Source of the DNA: a virus
Lineage: Duplodnaviria; Caudoviricetes
DNA: 64,000 nt
Direction: 5' to 3' (one strand)
Virus record (IMG/VR): IMGVR_UViG_3300013947_000019
Coordinates: 160,001-224,000 of that record
In this document: in pieces, positions 1 to 10,305 of the stretch
Numbering within the stretch: the first letter of the stretch is position 1
Layout of the letters: each line of letters opens with the position of its first letter
Translations under genes and position numbers: made by a program
The notes under the pieces: model-generated
Database searches by the model: none
What the model saw: only the letters and a program-made list of their open reading frames with translations
Told to the model about the DNA's origin: nothing

Positions 1-1
1 T

Positions 2-118
2 GGTGATATGAATGGTGATGGTATTGTTACGGATGATGAAGATGAACTAACTGATGAAGAGAAAGAGTTCCTTCCTGGGGAGGAAGATAACTCTGATATG
101 GAAGACATTGAACTCTAA
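2..118 (+). CDS. 3' end of an acidic protein truncated by the window edge
   Basis: Open frame GDMNGDGIVTDDEDELTDEEKEFLPGEEDNSDMEDIEL* ending TAA 116-118, followed by a hairpin and T-run. Confidence 0.6.
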   Translation, partial: GDMNGDGIVTDDEDELTDEEKEFLPGEEDNSDMEDIEL

Positions 119-186
119 ATAAATAGACACGAGGGTCTTTCATTAGATCCTCGTGCTTCTATTTTATAACTGAAAGGAGCATCTAA

Positions 187-933
187 ATGAATTCTCCGCA
201 TATTCCTATTCAAAGTTTTTATGCATATGAAACTACACGGCTCAGAGATGTATTAATACCTTCCAGTGCATTTATTTCAATGGTTAATTATATGGAAGAC
301 ATTGATTTGGATATTGAATTTGCAGCAACTGATAAAGATGGTAATAAAGATAAAGTTTGGATGGCTCCCTACATGTTTGTAGATCCCGCTAAGAATCTGA
401 TTACTACTCAAGGAAATTCATTGGAGGATCAACTACAATTCAAACGTGCACAATATCAGATTGTATTAAATCGCATTGAAATGTGCAAATATAACGCAAT
501 TGCTGAAGCAACTATGAATTATATTGACTCCGATCCTGATAGTCGTGCTATCATACATCTATCTTCTGGTAGAGTAATACCGTTTAAAAATAGTTGTGTA
601 GAGGATCTGACTATTATAAATCTAAAGAATAGATTACCCAATATTATTGAAGACTTAAAATCACAAAATAATGAAGATAGTGATGATGAAACAGAAAATT
701 ATGCACTTGCTACATTTAAACACAAGAAGCTCCAATTCAATATAACTGAAGATCAATATCGATTGATGTATTGTTTCAAATACATAAAAGAAGATCCATA
801 TAACCCCAAGGGATTAGGTTTGGTATCAAGTCATCATCAGCAAGCACCATATGAGTTGACTACAGGTATAGATATAGCTACGTATGTCTTAGATCGATTT
901 AAGAAAGGCGCAAAAATTATTTGCGTTACTTAA
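187..933 (+). CDS. Hypothetical phage protein (248 aa)
   Basis: ORF with AAAGGAG RBS; no recognised motif. Confidence 0.7.
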   Translation: MNSPHIPIQSFYAYETTRLRDVLIPSSAFISMVNYMEDIDLDIEFAATDKDGNKDKVWMAPYMFVDPAKNLITTQGNSLEDQLQFKRAQYQIVLNRIEMCKYNAIAEATMNYIDSDPDSRAIIHLSSGRVIPFKNSCVEDLTIINLKNRLPNIIEDLKSQNNEDSDDETENYALATFKHKKLQFNITEDQYRLMYCFKYIKEDPYNPKGLGLVSSHHQQAPYELTTGIDIATYVLDRFKKGAKIICVT

Positions 934-971
934 AAAGAATATGGGAGGGCAAATCACCCTCCCATTCTTTA

Positions 972-1778
972 TTACTCAGTCTTGGGCTCCTCAGTAGTAG
1001 GAGTCTCAGGAACTTCAGGAGTAGGCTCCACAACGGGCTCCTCTTCCTCACCAGGCTTAGTACCCTCAACAGGTTCACCAACATTTTCAATATCTTCGAT
1101 CAACTTGCCATTGACATACAGGATAGGATAGTTGGTCTGCCAATTGAACTTAGTATCACCAGTAGGATTGGTGAAGATGCAAACCAGCTTGTCATCAGCC
1201 AGAGCAGTCTTCGTATTATCAACGTTTACAGTAACACCATTGAAGGAACTAGTCTGATTACCATAAGGTTGGATAACGATCAGATTAAGCCAATCGGGAT
1301 CAGGATTATCATTGAGGTTATACTCATTACTCTTGAAGTTGATCGTAACATCCTTAGCGGCACCCTTAGTACCAATACGGATAGATCCAATATAGTTATT
1401 ATTGACGTTAACAGTAGCGCCATCAACCACATTGTAGATATTCACTTCATTATGAGAGCAGCATCCCCAAACGAAATAGTTACGGGAGATAGAAGATCCA
1501 TCAGCCAGCTTACCATTCATTTCGAAGAAGTTATACAGCTTTTCACCATTCAGACCAAAGAAACAACCTTCAACAGTCAGCTTCATATCATTGGCATTGA
1601 TAACAACACCCATGGATTTCTTAGTAGGGGCCAAACCATAGAAACGACAATTCTTAATGGTAACGGACTTAGCAGCAGTGATCGTAATCAATGCATCCTT
1701 GGTAAAATCAACACCATTGAAGACAACGTCCTTCTCAGGGGCGTTGATGACTACGGGCTTAGTAAACACAGTACTCAT
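972..1778 (-). CDS. Right-handed beta-helix (pectin-lyase-like) protein with Pro/Glu-rich tail
   Basis: Repeats such as VTIKNCRF, LTVEGCFF, SISRNYF, VNVNNNYI; GGAGGTG RBS. Confidence 0.65.
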   Translation of the reverse strand: MSTVFTKPVVINAPEKDVVFNGVDFTKDALITITAAKSVTIKNCRFYGLAPTKKSMGVVINANDMKLTVEGCFFGLNGEKLYNFFEMNGKLADGSSISRNYFVWGCCSHNEVNIYNVVDGATVNVNNNYIGSIRIGTKGAAKDVTINFKSNEYNLNDNPDPDWLNLIVIQPYGNQTSSFNGVTVNVDNTKTALADDKLVCIFTNPTGDTKFNWQTNYPILYVNGKLIEDIENVGEPVEGTKPGEEEEPVVEPTPEVPETPTTEEPKTE

Positions 1779-1780
1779 AA

Positions 1781-2353
1781 TTACACCTCCTGATAGAAGT
1801 TCTGGGCAACATTAGCATTCGCACCAGCAATCGTCACATTCTTTTCGACAGTAAGCTCTTCCTCAACTTCTGCAGCAGGGAGAACAATAGTCACAGGGGT
1901 ATCACCCTCAGCAGTAGCTTCTGCCACCACGTCTGCGATCTTCTTCTCAGTAGGATCCACAGTGATCGTCTGAGAGCCATCCGGAGCTACAAAAGAGCCA
2001 CCAATAGAAACAATCTTAGCAACCGGAATACGAGCTTCAAACTCTTCATCCTCTTCTGTATACTTCACAGAAATAGCATTAACATCCAGCATCTTGGAAG
2101 CATCAAACAGATTGGCAACGCCATCCGTAATATAACCATTACAAGGGACGTTATCATAGATACGACCATTGGGATTATAAACTTCACGGCGCTTCAGTTC
2201 AATACCAATCAGCTCAGCATTGGAAATGGTCTTATTCTCATAAGGTCCAGCAACCACAATAGATTCGAGAGTGGAACCCATTTCCAGATAGTACTCAGCA
2301 CCATTGCCTAACAGAGTAGCAGCAACAGTGATCTTACTGGTAAAACTATCCAT
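1781..2353 (-). CDS. Hypothetical late protein, co-transcribed with the beta-helix gene
   Basis: AAAGGTGG RBS; late promoter motif at 2419-2432. Confidence 0.75.
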   Translation of the reverse strand: MDSFTSKITVAATLLGNGAEYYLEMGSTLESIVVAGPYENKTISNAELIGIELKRREVYNPNGRIYDNVPCNGYITDGVANLFDASKMLDVNAISVKYTEEDEEFEARIPVAKIVSIGGSFVAPDGSQTITVDPTEKKIADVVAEATAEGDTPVTIVLPAAEVEEELTVEKNVTIAGANANVAQNFYQEV

Positions 2354-2490
2354 AACAAATAACCACCTTTCTTAATTAATATATGGTATGATCTACTTTC
2401 ATTAATAGATCATAGATCATTATAATAATGTCAAAAAATTAATATAAAAGATGAAATGGGAGGGGAAACAACCCCTCCCATCTCTAATTA

Positions 2491-3705
2491 TCAAATAATA
2501 ACAATTGTCTTCATAGGTCTCTGAGAATCTAACTTACTCTCATCTATATCTGGTATACGAGGATCTTTATCCAATAGTACGACGGCTTGATCTACACCAG
2601 AATTTTTATTATGACAATTGTAAGACTGACCTTCACCAAATACATACATTTTAGATGTAGTTTCTTTTGGTGGTCTGCCAACTCGTTTACCATTCTTAGA
2701 TAACGTAGGTTTCTTTGGTTCTGACCTACGTATTAATTCAGTTGGCATATCTGTTCTATCATAGATAGATAGAGGAGGCATATTAAATTTTTCTCTAAAT
2801 TCTTTCTGCCTTTTATAGAGCATAGCTCTCTGTAGTGCTTCTTCTTCCTCTTTGGATAGCTCAGGTTTTTCTTCTCTTTCTTTCCTGTGACGTTCTCTGA
2901 GTTTACGTTCTTTTTCTGGATTATTTAATACATATTGATTATAGAAACCGATACCTTGTTCCAAACGTTCATTATCGAAAGTAATACCTTCAAAGTACTC
3001 TTTATCCAACATCAAATCTTCCAATCGTTCTGGATCCATTTCTCCAAATCGCTGATTTAGTTCATTGATTCTTCGATAGAAAGTTCTGTTAGACATACCA
3101 TATGCTTCATGACAAAATCTAAAAAGATCAGCTGTTGAGAACTCTTTCTTTTTCCACATGATAAAGATCTCCCAGAAATCATATGGCATTGGAATTTTCG
3201 GACGACCAATAGATACGATACGTTTTCTGCGTGCGGCATCAATTCCTTCTCGTTGTCTAGAGATCGTATTTTCACGCTCATTCTGTGCAACAAAAGATAA
3301 TACTTGAAGCATCATATCTGTAATAAATTTAGATATCAAATCTTCTGGATCACCAGTTGTATTCAACAATGGCATATCAATTACATAGATCCCACATCCA
3401 AGATCTTGTGTAATCATTCTCCATTGATCAATAATCTCTTGATAATTACGACCAAGTCTATCGATTGATTTGATTACGATAATATCCCCTTTGCGTAATA
3501 TTCGTATTAATTTCTTATAGGCTGGTCGGTTAAATGATTTGCCTGATTGTTTGTCTATGAAGATCTTGGTAGAACGTACACCATATTCCTCCATAGCAAT
3601 TTCTTGTCGATCTGTTTTCTGTTGTGTTGTAGAAACTCGACAATAGCCCCATACTTCACCCATGTCATTAATGAGATAGCCATCGTCACCCTTTTTAATA
3701 GCCAT
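2491..3705 (-). CDS. Serine recombinase (resolvase/invertase family) with HTH and long C-terminal extension
   Basis: Catalytic motifs GYCRVST..Q...RQ, DKQSGKSFNRP, IKSIDRLGRN, ER..I..RQREGI..A, GRP; HTH-like GMSNRTFYRRI; AT-hook-like KRVGRPPK. Confidence 0.93.
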   Translation of the reverse strand: MAIKKGDDGYLINDMGEVWGYCRVSTTQQKTDRQEIAMEEYGVRSTKIFIDKQSGKSFNRPAYKKLIRILRKGDIIVIKSIDRLGRNYQEIIDQWRMITQDLGCGIYVIDMPLLNTTGDPEDLISKFITDMMLQVLSFVAQNERENTISRQREGIDAARRKRIVSIGRPKIPMPYDFWEIFIMWKKKEFSTADLFRFCHEAYGMSNRTFYRRINELNQRFGEMDPERLEDLMLDKEYFEGITFDNERLEQGIGFYNQYVLNNPEKERKLRERHRKEREEKPELSKEEEEALQRAMLYKRQKEFREKFNMPPLSIYDRTDMPTELIRRSEPKKPTLSKNGKRVGRPPKETTSKMYVFGEGQSYNCHNKNSGVDQAVVLLDKDPRIPDIDESKLDSQRPMKTIVII

Positions 3706-3765
3706 GTCTCTTCACTCCCTTTATTCATATTATTTGATAGACATACCCTTCTATTCTATCATAAT

Positions 3766-3775
3766 TATAATATAT
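3766..3775 (-). promoter_or_regulatory. Putative early phage promoter ATATATTATA
   Basis: Identical 10-mer upstream of three non-structural minus-strand blocks (also 10522-10531 and 29437-29446). Confidence 0.5.
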
Positions 3776-4097
3776 GGATGAATTTTGTTTGCTCGGAGTT
3801 AACATAATAATACAATCGATTATGCCACTATTTTGAGAAATGGGTTGTTTTATTATACAACAAAACTGAATACAGTTCAAAAGTAAAGAAAAGTAGAAAG
3901 TTACAAAGATTGGTAATTGACAAATCGATGCGAAATTCTATATGAGTACAACTTAATATTTATTCTGGTAACTTTCAAGTGGCATAATCGTTTTATATAA
4001 TAAGAAGGATCCCCGGGACAACCCGGGGATTCCTTCCTTTTTAGATAATAGCTATACTTGTCTGGACACAAGACTTGAAAATACATTACCATGAATT

Positions 4098-4574
4098 TTA
4101 CTTACTGACACCATCCGATTTCGCATCAGTAAATACGCCGTGAAGCATTGCATTAGATGTATCAGATTCATACTTTCTGTACTTTTCAACAGCTTTCGTA
4201 ATATTACCGTCTAAATGTTGATCACGTAAACCTTCAGCAAGAACCATAACAACACTAGCAAGCTCAGAAAGTTTTGTACTGGTAATCTCTCCAGCATTTG
4301 CCAAAGCATTGATTTTCTTCATCGTATCAAGATCAACTTGATGATACTGAGCCATATCTTTCTTCAGATCAGATATATCACCAATCAGATCATCGATCTT
4401 TTTGGTTTGATTATCAAGCTGTTCTTTACGTGCTTTTTCCTTATCATCGGCAGTTCTTTTATTGTCTTCTTCACGTTTGTCACGTTTACGAGTTGCTGAT
4501 GTATACATCCAACCCATGACTAGTAATAAAAATGGGGTAGCTGCTGAAATGACTTTCATTATGTTTTCGAACAC
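4098..4574 (-). CDS. Membrane-anchored coiled-coil protein (holin/lysis-accessory-like)
   Basis: Single N-terminal hydrophobic segment (AATPFLLLVMGWMY) followed by a charged coiled coil; late promoter motif at 4604-4617. Confidence 0.55.
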   Translation of the reverse strand: MFENIMKVISAATPFLLLVMGWMYTSATRKRDKREEDNKRTADDKEKARKEQLDNQTKKIDDLIGDISDLKKDMAQYHQVDLDTMKKINALANAGEITSTKLSELASVVMVLAEGLRDQHLDGNITKAVEKYRKYESDTSNAMLHGVFTDAKSDGVSK

Positions 4575-4663
4575 CTGTACTTCACCCCCTTCATGGTATA
4601 GTATTTATATAGATGTTTTATGGAAAAAAGAAAAGGGTGGGGAATATCCCCACCCATAATCTT

Positions 4664-5398
4664 TTAAATATCCCAAGGAATGATAAATCGTTCCATTGTA
4701 GAAGGCCAGGCGACTCTGTCCGGGCTTTCAATGTAATCATGATCAACAAGATAGTCTCGCTGATATTTATCATTCATGAGAGGGATAAAGATGACATGAT
4801 CATCCTCTGCTACATACTTAGTAGAATTTTCTGTAACAGAGATGATTCGATATGTCAGGCAGGAATCTTCTGCACTGTTATTTGCTGGATCAGTTTTCTG
4901 TTCATTCTTAGCAATGTCCAGAATAGATACTGTCAAGAACTCAATCCCTTTTCTCGTAGTACTAGTACCAGTTAGCACTTCATATGCGATAACAAGACGA
5001 AGCTCCATCTGCATCTTTTCTTCCAGGATACTTTCTGCATACAGCAGTTTGCGAAGTTCATCCATAGTCATATAAATACCAGCAGATAAACCATCCATCA
5101 TATAAGGATATCCATCCATAGGAAGATAATCCTTAGGTTTTGAATGGAATAGTGATCCAGTAGTATTCTCATAATAAGAGCCAACAGATACAGATACCTG
5201 TAATGCTTCTTTATGAAGAATACGTGCCTTCAGTTGTTCCATGATCCCATCATAGGCTTTTTCATCTTTTGACGTGTGAGCCATATTCAGATCAAGTGCG
5301 ATATCGCCCAGATCAGTCATAGGACCAGGAGAAGCCACTGCGAAGAATGCAGTGGCTCTCATAGGTTTATTATTCGGCTGCTTCAGAACAACTTTCAT
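4664..5398 (-). CDS. Hypothetical protein; real start probably MKVVLKQ at ~5398 rather than 5512
   Basis: CAGGAGGG RBS precedes this ATG; the longer start would overlap the upstream gene by ~140 nt. Confidence 0.6.
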   Translation of the reverse strand: MKVVLKQPNNKPMRATAFFAVASPGPMTDLGDIALDLNMAHTSKDEKAYDGIMEQLKARILHKEALQVSVSVGSYYENTTGSLFHSKPKDYLPMDGYPYMMDGLSAGIYMTMDELRKLLYAESILEEKMQMELRLVIAYEVLTGTSTTRKGIEFLTVSILDIAKNEQKTDPANNSAEDSCLTYRIISVTENSTKYVAEDDHVIFIPLMNDKYQRDYLVDHDYIESPDRVAWPSTMERFIIPWDI

Positions 5399-6035
5399 TG
5401 TTGCCCTCCTGTTCTTTCTTGACTCGCTCTTCCAACTCAGCATTGGTAAAGAGACGAATATGCATCTTGGGCTCTTCAGCCAAAGCACCGATGATATTCT
5501 TCGGAACATCATAGATCATGGGATACATAACGATACCAGACTTACGATTGCTTAAATCAACATCCTTGATATATTCAGGGATATTGATGCACATCATTCC
5601 AAAGTTTTCATCAGGGTGTTCGCCGATACCAAAGATAATGACCAACAGATCATCAGACATACTCAGGGTATCATGTGTGAAGATTGTCAAGAAAGGTACG
5701 AATGTACCCTTGGAGCACAGTTCAAGAAGCTCCTTCTTAATTGCTTCGTTATTAAGTTCTTCAGGTTTAAACTCCGCAATATCGACACCATGACACTCAC
5801 CGCAGTACTGATGAACTGTACCAGCAACCTGATTGGGAATGGTATCGATCAGTTCTCTGGTACCTTCTTTGGTATACAGATGGCCAATACGATGAACTGC
5901 CAGAGATTCCAGAACAGAGTAATTATACTCCAGCATCTCAGGAGTATTCTCTGCATTGCTGGTCTTAGATTGACTCTTCGCAGTAAATGCGCCATAGATC
6001 TTACTGATGATATCAGAATGATACAGAATCTGCAT
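5370..6035 (-). CDS. Hypothetical protein (221 aa)
   Basis: ORF in a tightly packed operon; AAAGGAGGAG RBS nearby. Confidence 0.7.
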   Translation of the reverse strand: MQILYHSDIISKIYGAFTAKSQSKTSNAENTPEMLEYNYSVLESLAVHRIGHLYTKEGTRELIDTIPNQVAGTVHQYCGECHGVDIAEFKPEELNNEAIKKELLELCSKGTFVPFLTIFTHDTLSMSDDLLVIIFGIGEHPDENFGMMCINIPEYIKDVDLSNRKSGIVMYPMIYDVPKNIIGALAEEPKMHIRLFTNAELEERVKKEQEGNNESCSEAAE

Positions 6036-6085
6036 TGTATTGCATCTCCTCCTTTATATTAATTATAGGTTTGTTTTGATGTTTT

Positions 6086-6943
6086 TCAAAGAGTAAAATC
6101 ACCCAAAGACTGATATTCGTCAGGAACATGCTCTGGCTCTGGCATATCATCATCAGTCAATACAGCATTCTTATCCAGAGTGGGAGCAGTATTGAGATAC
6201 TCGATAAACTTCTCCTCTTCTTCAGTTACATCCAATACATAGGTATTAATAATATCCTTTATTTTCTGGATACTAAACCCGTATATCGACGCATTTGTAG
6301 AAGCACACAGAATAGTGCTGCACATCTTTTTGCTTACATTCGACAGAAGTATCGCTTTGGAAGATTTAATAAAGTCTTCTTCATCGATATAACTGTCAAA
6401 ATAGTCAAAATCATCTTTTGCTATCTTTACAAATACGCCATCATATGTAAGATCAAAAGCAGAAGAATCCTTGTCATACATATTACTAAGCCAATCAATA
6501 AGCTTAACTGCATTTTTGATATCTTTCTTATCCAGATCATCCTTAGAAGGAATAGATTCTGTTAAAGGATATACATTGATAGTCATATCAATATAGTGAT
6601 CATGAAATTCGTATTCTCCTTTAAAAGTATGCGTAGGATATTTTGCATTAAGATTACTAATAATCCCATATGCAAGCTTCATACCCTTTGCAATATTGAG
6701 TTCCCAAGGCAACTCATTGCTTTTAAATATGATTTTTGTGTATAGAGTAAGTTTATCATATCCATTAAACTTACTCGTACTATATCTGCGAAGCATTGTA
6801 ATACGCGCATACTTATCGTAGTATTTATCACGGTTATATCCATGCTTCACAGTTTCGCCATATACCATGCTAATGGTATTATATACCTGACCGAATATTT
6901 TCGATTCAGTTGTTTCAATTGGTCTTGTAGCTTTACTACGCAT
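6086..6943 (-). CDS. Hypothetical protein (285 aa)
   Basis: ORF with AAAGGA RBS. Confidence 0.7.
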   Translation of the reverse strand: MRSKATRPIETTESKIFGQVYNTISMVYGETVKHGYNRDKYYDKYARITMLRRYSTSKFNGYDKLTLYTKIIFKSNELPWELNIAKGMKLAYGIISNLNAKYPTHTFKGEYEFHDHYIDMTINVYPLTESIPSKDDLDKKDIKNAVKLIDWLSNMYDKDSSAFDLTYDGVFVKIAKDDFDYFDSYIDEEDFIKSSKAILLSNVSKKMCSTILCASTNASIYGFSIQKIKDIINTYVLDVTEEEEKFIEYLNTAPTLDKNAVLTDDDMPEPEHVPDEYQSLGDFTL

Positions 6944-6984
6944 TTTATATTCCTTTCATAATAAAGAAAGAAAAGGGACTGGAA

Positions 6985-8946
6985 TTACTCCAGTCCCATC
7001 TCTTTTGCTTCTTCCATGAACCAATCTTGTGCAGTGAAAATATCCTTTTTCTTGTCAGGTTCTTTTACCATCTCATATTTATAATTAGGAAGAATCTTTC
7101 TCAGATTCGTATTATCCTTCATATAAATTTTCAGATGTTTCATCAACCTTTCACGGATTTCTTCATCTTCCACAAGAATTAAGAGTTCATGTCTTCTGTT
7201 CAAATTCCGGCCCATCAGATCAGCAGAACCAATATAGATTCTTGCATTCTTCCCAGTTCCGAATTGATAGACTCTAGAATGCTCCAAGAATCTGCCAACC
7301 AGACTGTAGATCTTGATATTCTTCATAGGCTCAATAACACAAGCACCACGAACAAGCATCGTGATCTTTACTCCAGCTTTAGCAGCATCTTGAATAGCTT
7401 CAGCAATCTCCACATCAGTGAAACCATTGCACTTGATGAAGATATAACCATCCTTTCCAGATTTAGCTCGTTTGATTTCTGTCTTGATTTCATCTTTGAT
7501 CGTATCTTTCATATTATAAGGAGCATAAACCACCTTACGAGATTTAAATACTCCCTGATCAGAAGTCATTAAATCAAAGAATCGAGTCAGGTCAAAACAC
7601 ATATCCTGATCAGCAGTGAAATAACTATAATCAGTATACTGTTTGGCATTAGACTCACTATAGTTACCAGTACCTATCTGGGCATATGTTTTCAGACCCT
7701 TCTTCTCTTTCCGAGTAATCAGACATAGCTTAGCATGTGTCTTCATATCCGGAGAAGTAAAAGCGATCCGAACACCACCTTCTCTCAAGATTGTAGAGAT
7801 CTCAATATTGTGGTGCTCATCAAAACGTGCTTTCAGTTCAATCAGAACTGTTACAGACTTTCCTTTATCAGCTGCCTTCAGTAAGGCCTGGACAATCTTA
7901 CTATTATTAGCAACACGATATAGACTGATCTTGATTGATACCACATTGGGATCATCAGCAGCTTCTTCCAAGAATCTGACCATAGTTTGATCATATGATT
8001 CATATGGGTGGAAAGCCAACCGATCCTTCTGTTTAATATAATCAAAGATCGAAGACTTCGGGAAAGTCTTAACTGGTTTCATCTTTCGACACTTATCTTT
8101 TTCAGCAAAGATTTCACCAGGAAGAGACTTCAAACTAGAGAGACCAATCTCTTTACTGGCGAAAATGATTGTGTCAGACCGCAAGGGAAGTAGGTTACGG
8201 AGAAGTTTGATGTCAGATTTCTCTGTTGATCCAATTTCGAGAGTAGTTATCCAGGAACGCTCTCTTTCCTTCAAAGTCTTAACAATCTGCTGATAAGCAT
8301 CAAGCTGCTCTCGATCAATCTGATCGAATACCTGAGCCGATCTGAGAATTGTAAATGGGAAAGAAGAAATAATCTTTCGATCCTTAAACATGAATTCCAG
8401 ATTATCCTGAATCAAATCAAGAATTGAAACACAATACTTCTTTCCAGGAACGGCAATATACCGATCGATTCCTTTCGGAATTTCAATATATTGCAACTTC
8501 TCAGAGTCAGACTTAGATTTCCGAGTACGCACCAATAGATACGTACCTGGATGAAGATTGAGTGTCTTAGATTTATCAACGTTCATAGGCTGAAGTACAG
8601 GGAATACTTCAGACTTAAATGTCTGCTCTACCCACTTAGCAGAGTTCTTCTTCAGATCATCAACAGGAACTACCAACTGATAATTCTTGTTGAACTTATG
8701 CCATCGCTTAACCATCTTTTGATAGAAGGATGCGATAGCATCTTTGAACTCATCCAGAGTATCATCATCCAAACCGAATGTAAGTTCGATCGGATAACGG
8801 ACCTGCATAAATTCAGTCAGGTTAGAAGCAACGATTCCGAAGAACATTGCTCTCTCACCCAAAGGGATAGATTTCCTGTCAGTCTCATCAAGACAACGCT
8901 GATTGAAACTGATCCAGGAAATATCTCTGTTTAGAATTTTGCCCAA
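6985..8946 (-). CDS. ppk1: Polyphosphate kinase 1
   Basis: LNRDISWISFNQRCL, HPYESY, SIKISLYRVA, IELKARFDE, KTHAK, IGTGNY, VGRFLEHSR, IGSADLMGRNLNRRHE all match PPK1 motifs. Confidence 0.95.
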   Translation of the reverse strand: MGKILNRDISWISFNQRCLDETDRKSIPLGERAMFFGIVASNLTEFMQVRYPIELTFGLDDDTLDEFKDAIASFYQKMVKRWHKFNKNYQLVVPVDDLKKNSAKWVEQTFKSEVFPVLQPMNVDKSKTLNLHPGTYLLVRTRKSKSDSEKLQYIEIPKGIDRYIAVPGKKYCVSILDLIQDNLEFMFKDRKIISSFPFTILRSAQVFDQIDREQLDAYQQIVKTLKERERSWITTLEIGSTEKSDIKLLRNLLPLRSDTIIFASKEIGLSSLKSLPGEIFAEKDKCRKMKPVKTFPKSSIFDYIKQKDRLAFHPYESYDQTMVRFLEEAADDPNVVSIKISLYRVANNSKIVQALLKAADKGKSVTVLIELKARFDEHHNIEISTILREGGVRIAFTSPDMKTHAKLCLITRKEKKGLKTYAQIGTGNYSESNAKQYTDYSYFTADQDMCFDLTRFFDLMTSDQGVFKSRKVVYAPYNMKDTIKDEIKTEIKRAKSGKDGYIFIKCNGFTDVEIAEAIQDAAKAGVKITMLVRGACVIEPMKNIKIYSLVGRFLEHSRVYQFGTGKNARIYIGSADLMGRNLNRRHELLILVEDEEIRERLMKHLKIYMKDNTNLRKILPNYKYEMVKEPDKKKDIFTAQDWFMEEAKEMGLE

Positions 8947-8952
8947 TTGGCA

Positions 8953-9225
8953 TCACTCCTTTTCAGTACGAAGTTCAGGATGCGTAGCCCAGAACTGTTC
9001 ATATCTCTCCTGAAGAGATTTCTGAGCTCGCTTGACCAGAGTATTCAACTCTTCAGCAGTCGCTGCGCGGAGAATCGACTCAAGCTGATAGTTCTCAGAG
9101 ATCAGCTCATTGATCGATACATCCTTCTCTGCAACCTTCTTATGGAGAGCTTCGATCTGCTTCTTCAGATTTTCATTCTCCTCCAACTGGATCAGATACA
9201 TCTGATAGGAATTAACCTCACTCAT
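8953..9225 (-). CDS. Small coiled-coil protein
   Basis: ORF in operon, heptad pattern. Confidence 0.7.
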   Translation of the reverse strand: MSEVNSYQMYLIQLEENENLKKQIEALHKKVAEKDVSINELISENYQLESILRAATAEELNTLVKRAQKSLQERYEQFWATHPELRTEKE

Positions 9226-9547
9226 CTTTATTATCCTCCTTTTTGTATTCGTCTACATAGTAGATGTAATGCTTCAGTAAACCTTTACCTTCCAGGTAAT
9301 CACGGATTGCGAGTCCAGATTCATCCAGAAGACAAAGAATCCCAATGCAGTCCTCCAGATCGACAACTGCTTCATCGATCAACATCTCATAGATCTCCGT
9401 TTTCTTATCTTGAGCTTTGATCTTAATGCGGAGATTGGCATTTTCGAGAGTAAGTCGCTCAATCTCTTTTTTCTGCTCATAAAGCTTGCGCTTAACAACA
9501 TCTTCATGTTGTTTATACGTAAGCTCACCTTTACCACGACGACCCAT
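9218..9547 (-). CDS. Small coiled-coil protein
   Basis: AAGGAGGTG RBS. Confidence 0.75.
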   Translation of the reverse strand: MGRRGKGELTYKQHEDVVKRKLYEQKKEIERLTLENANLRIKIKAQDKKTEIYEMLIDEAVVDLEDCIGILCLLDESGLAIRDYLEGKGLLKHYIYYVDEYKKEDNKDE

Positions 9548-9559
9548 ATGGACACCTCC

Positions 9560-9844
9560 TTAGTATAGATCTTCAGAGAAGAGTTCAGTGCTTGCATGTT
9601 TATTTGCTAAAGTAGTAGCAGACAGCTGTCCACATTTCTTAGCAATAATATAAGCATCTTCTCTGGAATAGAACTTTCCTTCATGATCCAGAAATCCTTG
9701 TTCAACATCTCTCTTATCAATAAAGGTTCCAAACTTGCGAATAATATTGAGTTGAGCTAGACCATCGGCATGCCGGATGCAGCCAATAATAAGTTCAGTA
9801 TTCAGTATATGATTATGCCACTTAACTGCAGCACATACTATCAT
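9560..9844 (-). CDS. Phage hypothetical protein (IVCAA..RH..EQGF..F..R..A type)
   Basis: Motif pattern commonly seen in small phage proteins; AAGGAG RBS. Confidence 0.7.
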   Translation of the reverse strand: MIVCAAVKWHNHILNTELIIGCIRHADGLAQLNIIRKFGTFIDKRDVEQGFLDHEGKFYSREDAYIIAKKCGQLSATTLANKHASTELFSEDLY

Positions 9845-9846
9845 AA

Positions 9847-10305
9847 CTACTCCTTTCCATTCTGAGAAATCAAATTCGCAGCCTCAAAGAAAGGCTGCGT
9901 GATTTCATCAGCAATAACAAATTTTTTCTTAACCATCATAGAGATGATTTTCTCCCGACTCATATAGGGAACCATATCCCACATGATGATTGGTGTATTC
10001 TTTGTGATATTCCACACAAAGGTGCGTTTGATTTGTTCAGTCTTCGCAGATTGAAGTACAATTTTGATCAGCTTTTCAGCTTTATCAAAATGATCAGTCT
10101 GACCATCCGTGATCTTCTGAATATACATAGCACACATTTTGTAGAAGTCTCTTGGTCTGAGCACATTCCAAATATACCACTTAGAGATAAAGTACTTCTT
10201 ATATTCAGGAAGATCCAAAATATCATTAAGAAGCTTTTCAAACTCCTCATACTTACAGGAGTTCATTACTTGAATGATTCTCCTGTTCATTTTGATGATA
10301 CTCAT
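9847..10305 (-). CDS. Hypothetical protein (152 aa)
   Basis: GGAGG RBS; start overlaps the stop of the upstream small ORF. Confidence 0.7.
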   Translation of the reverse strand: MSIIKMNRRIIQVMNSCKYEEFEKLLNDILDLPEYKKYFISKWYIWNVLRPRDFYKMCAMYIQKITDGQTDHFDKAEKLIKIVLQSAKTEQIKRTFVWNITKNTPIIMWDMVPYMSREKIISMMVKKKFVIADEITQPFFEAANLISQNGKE

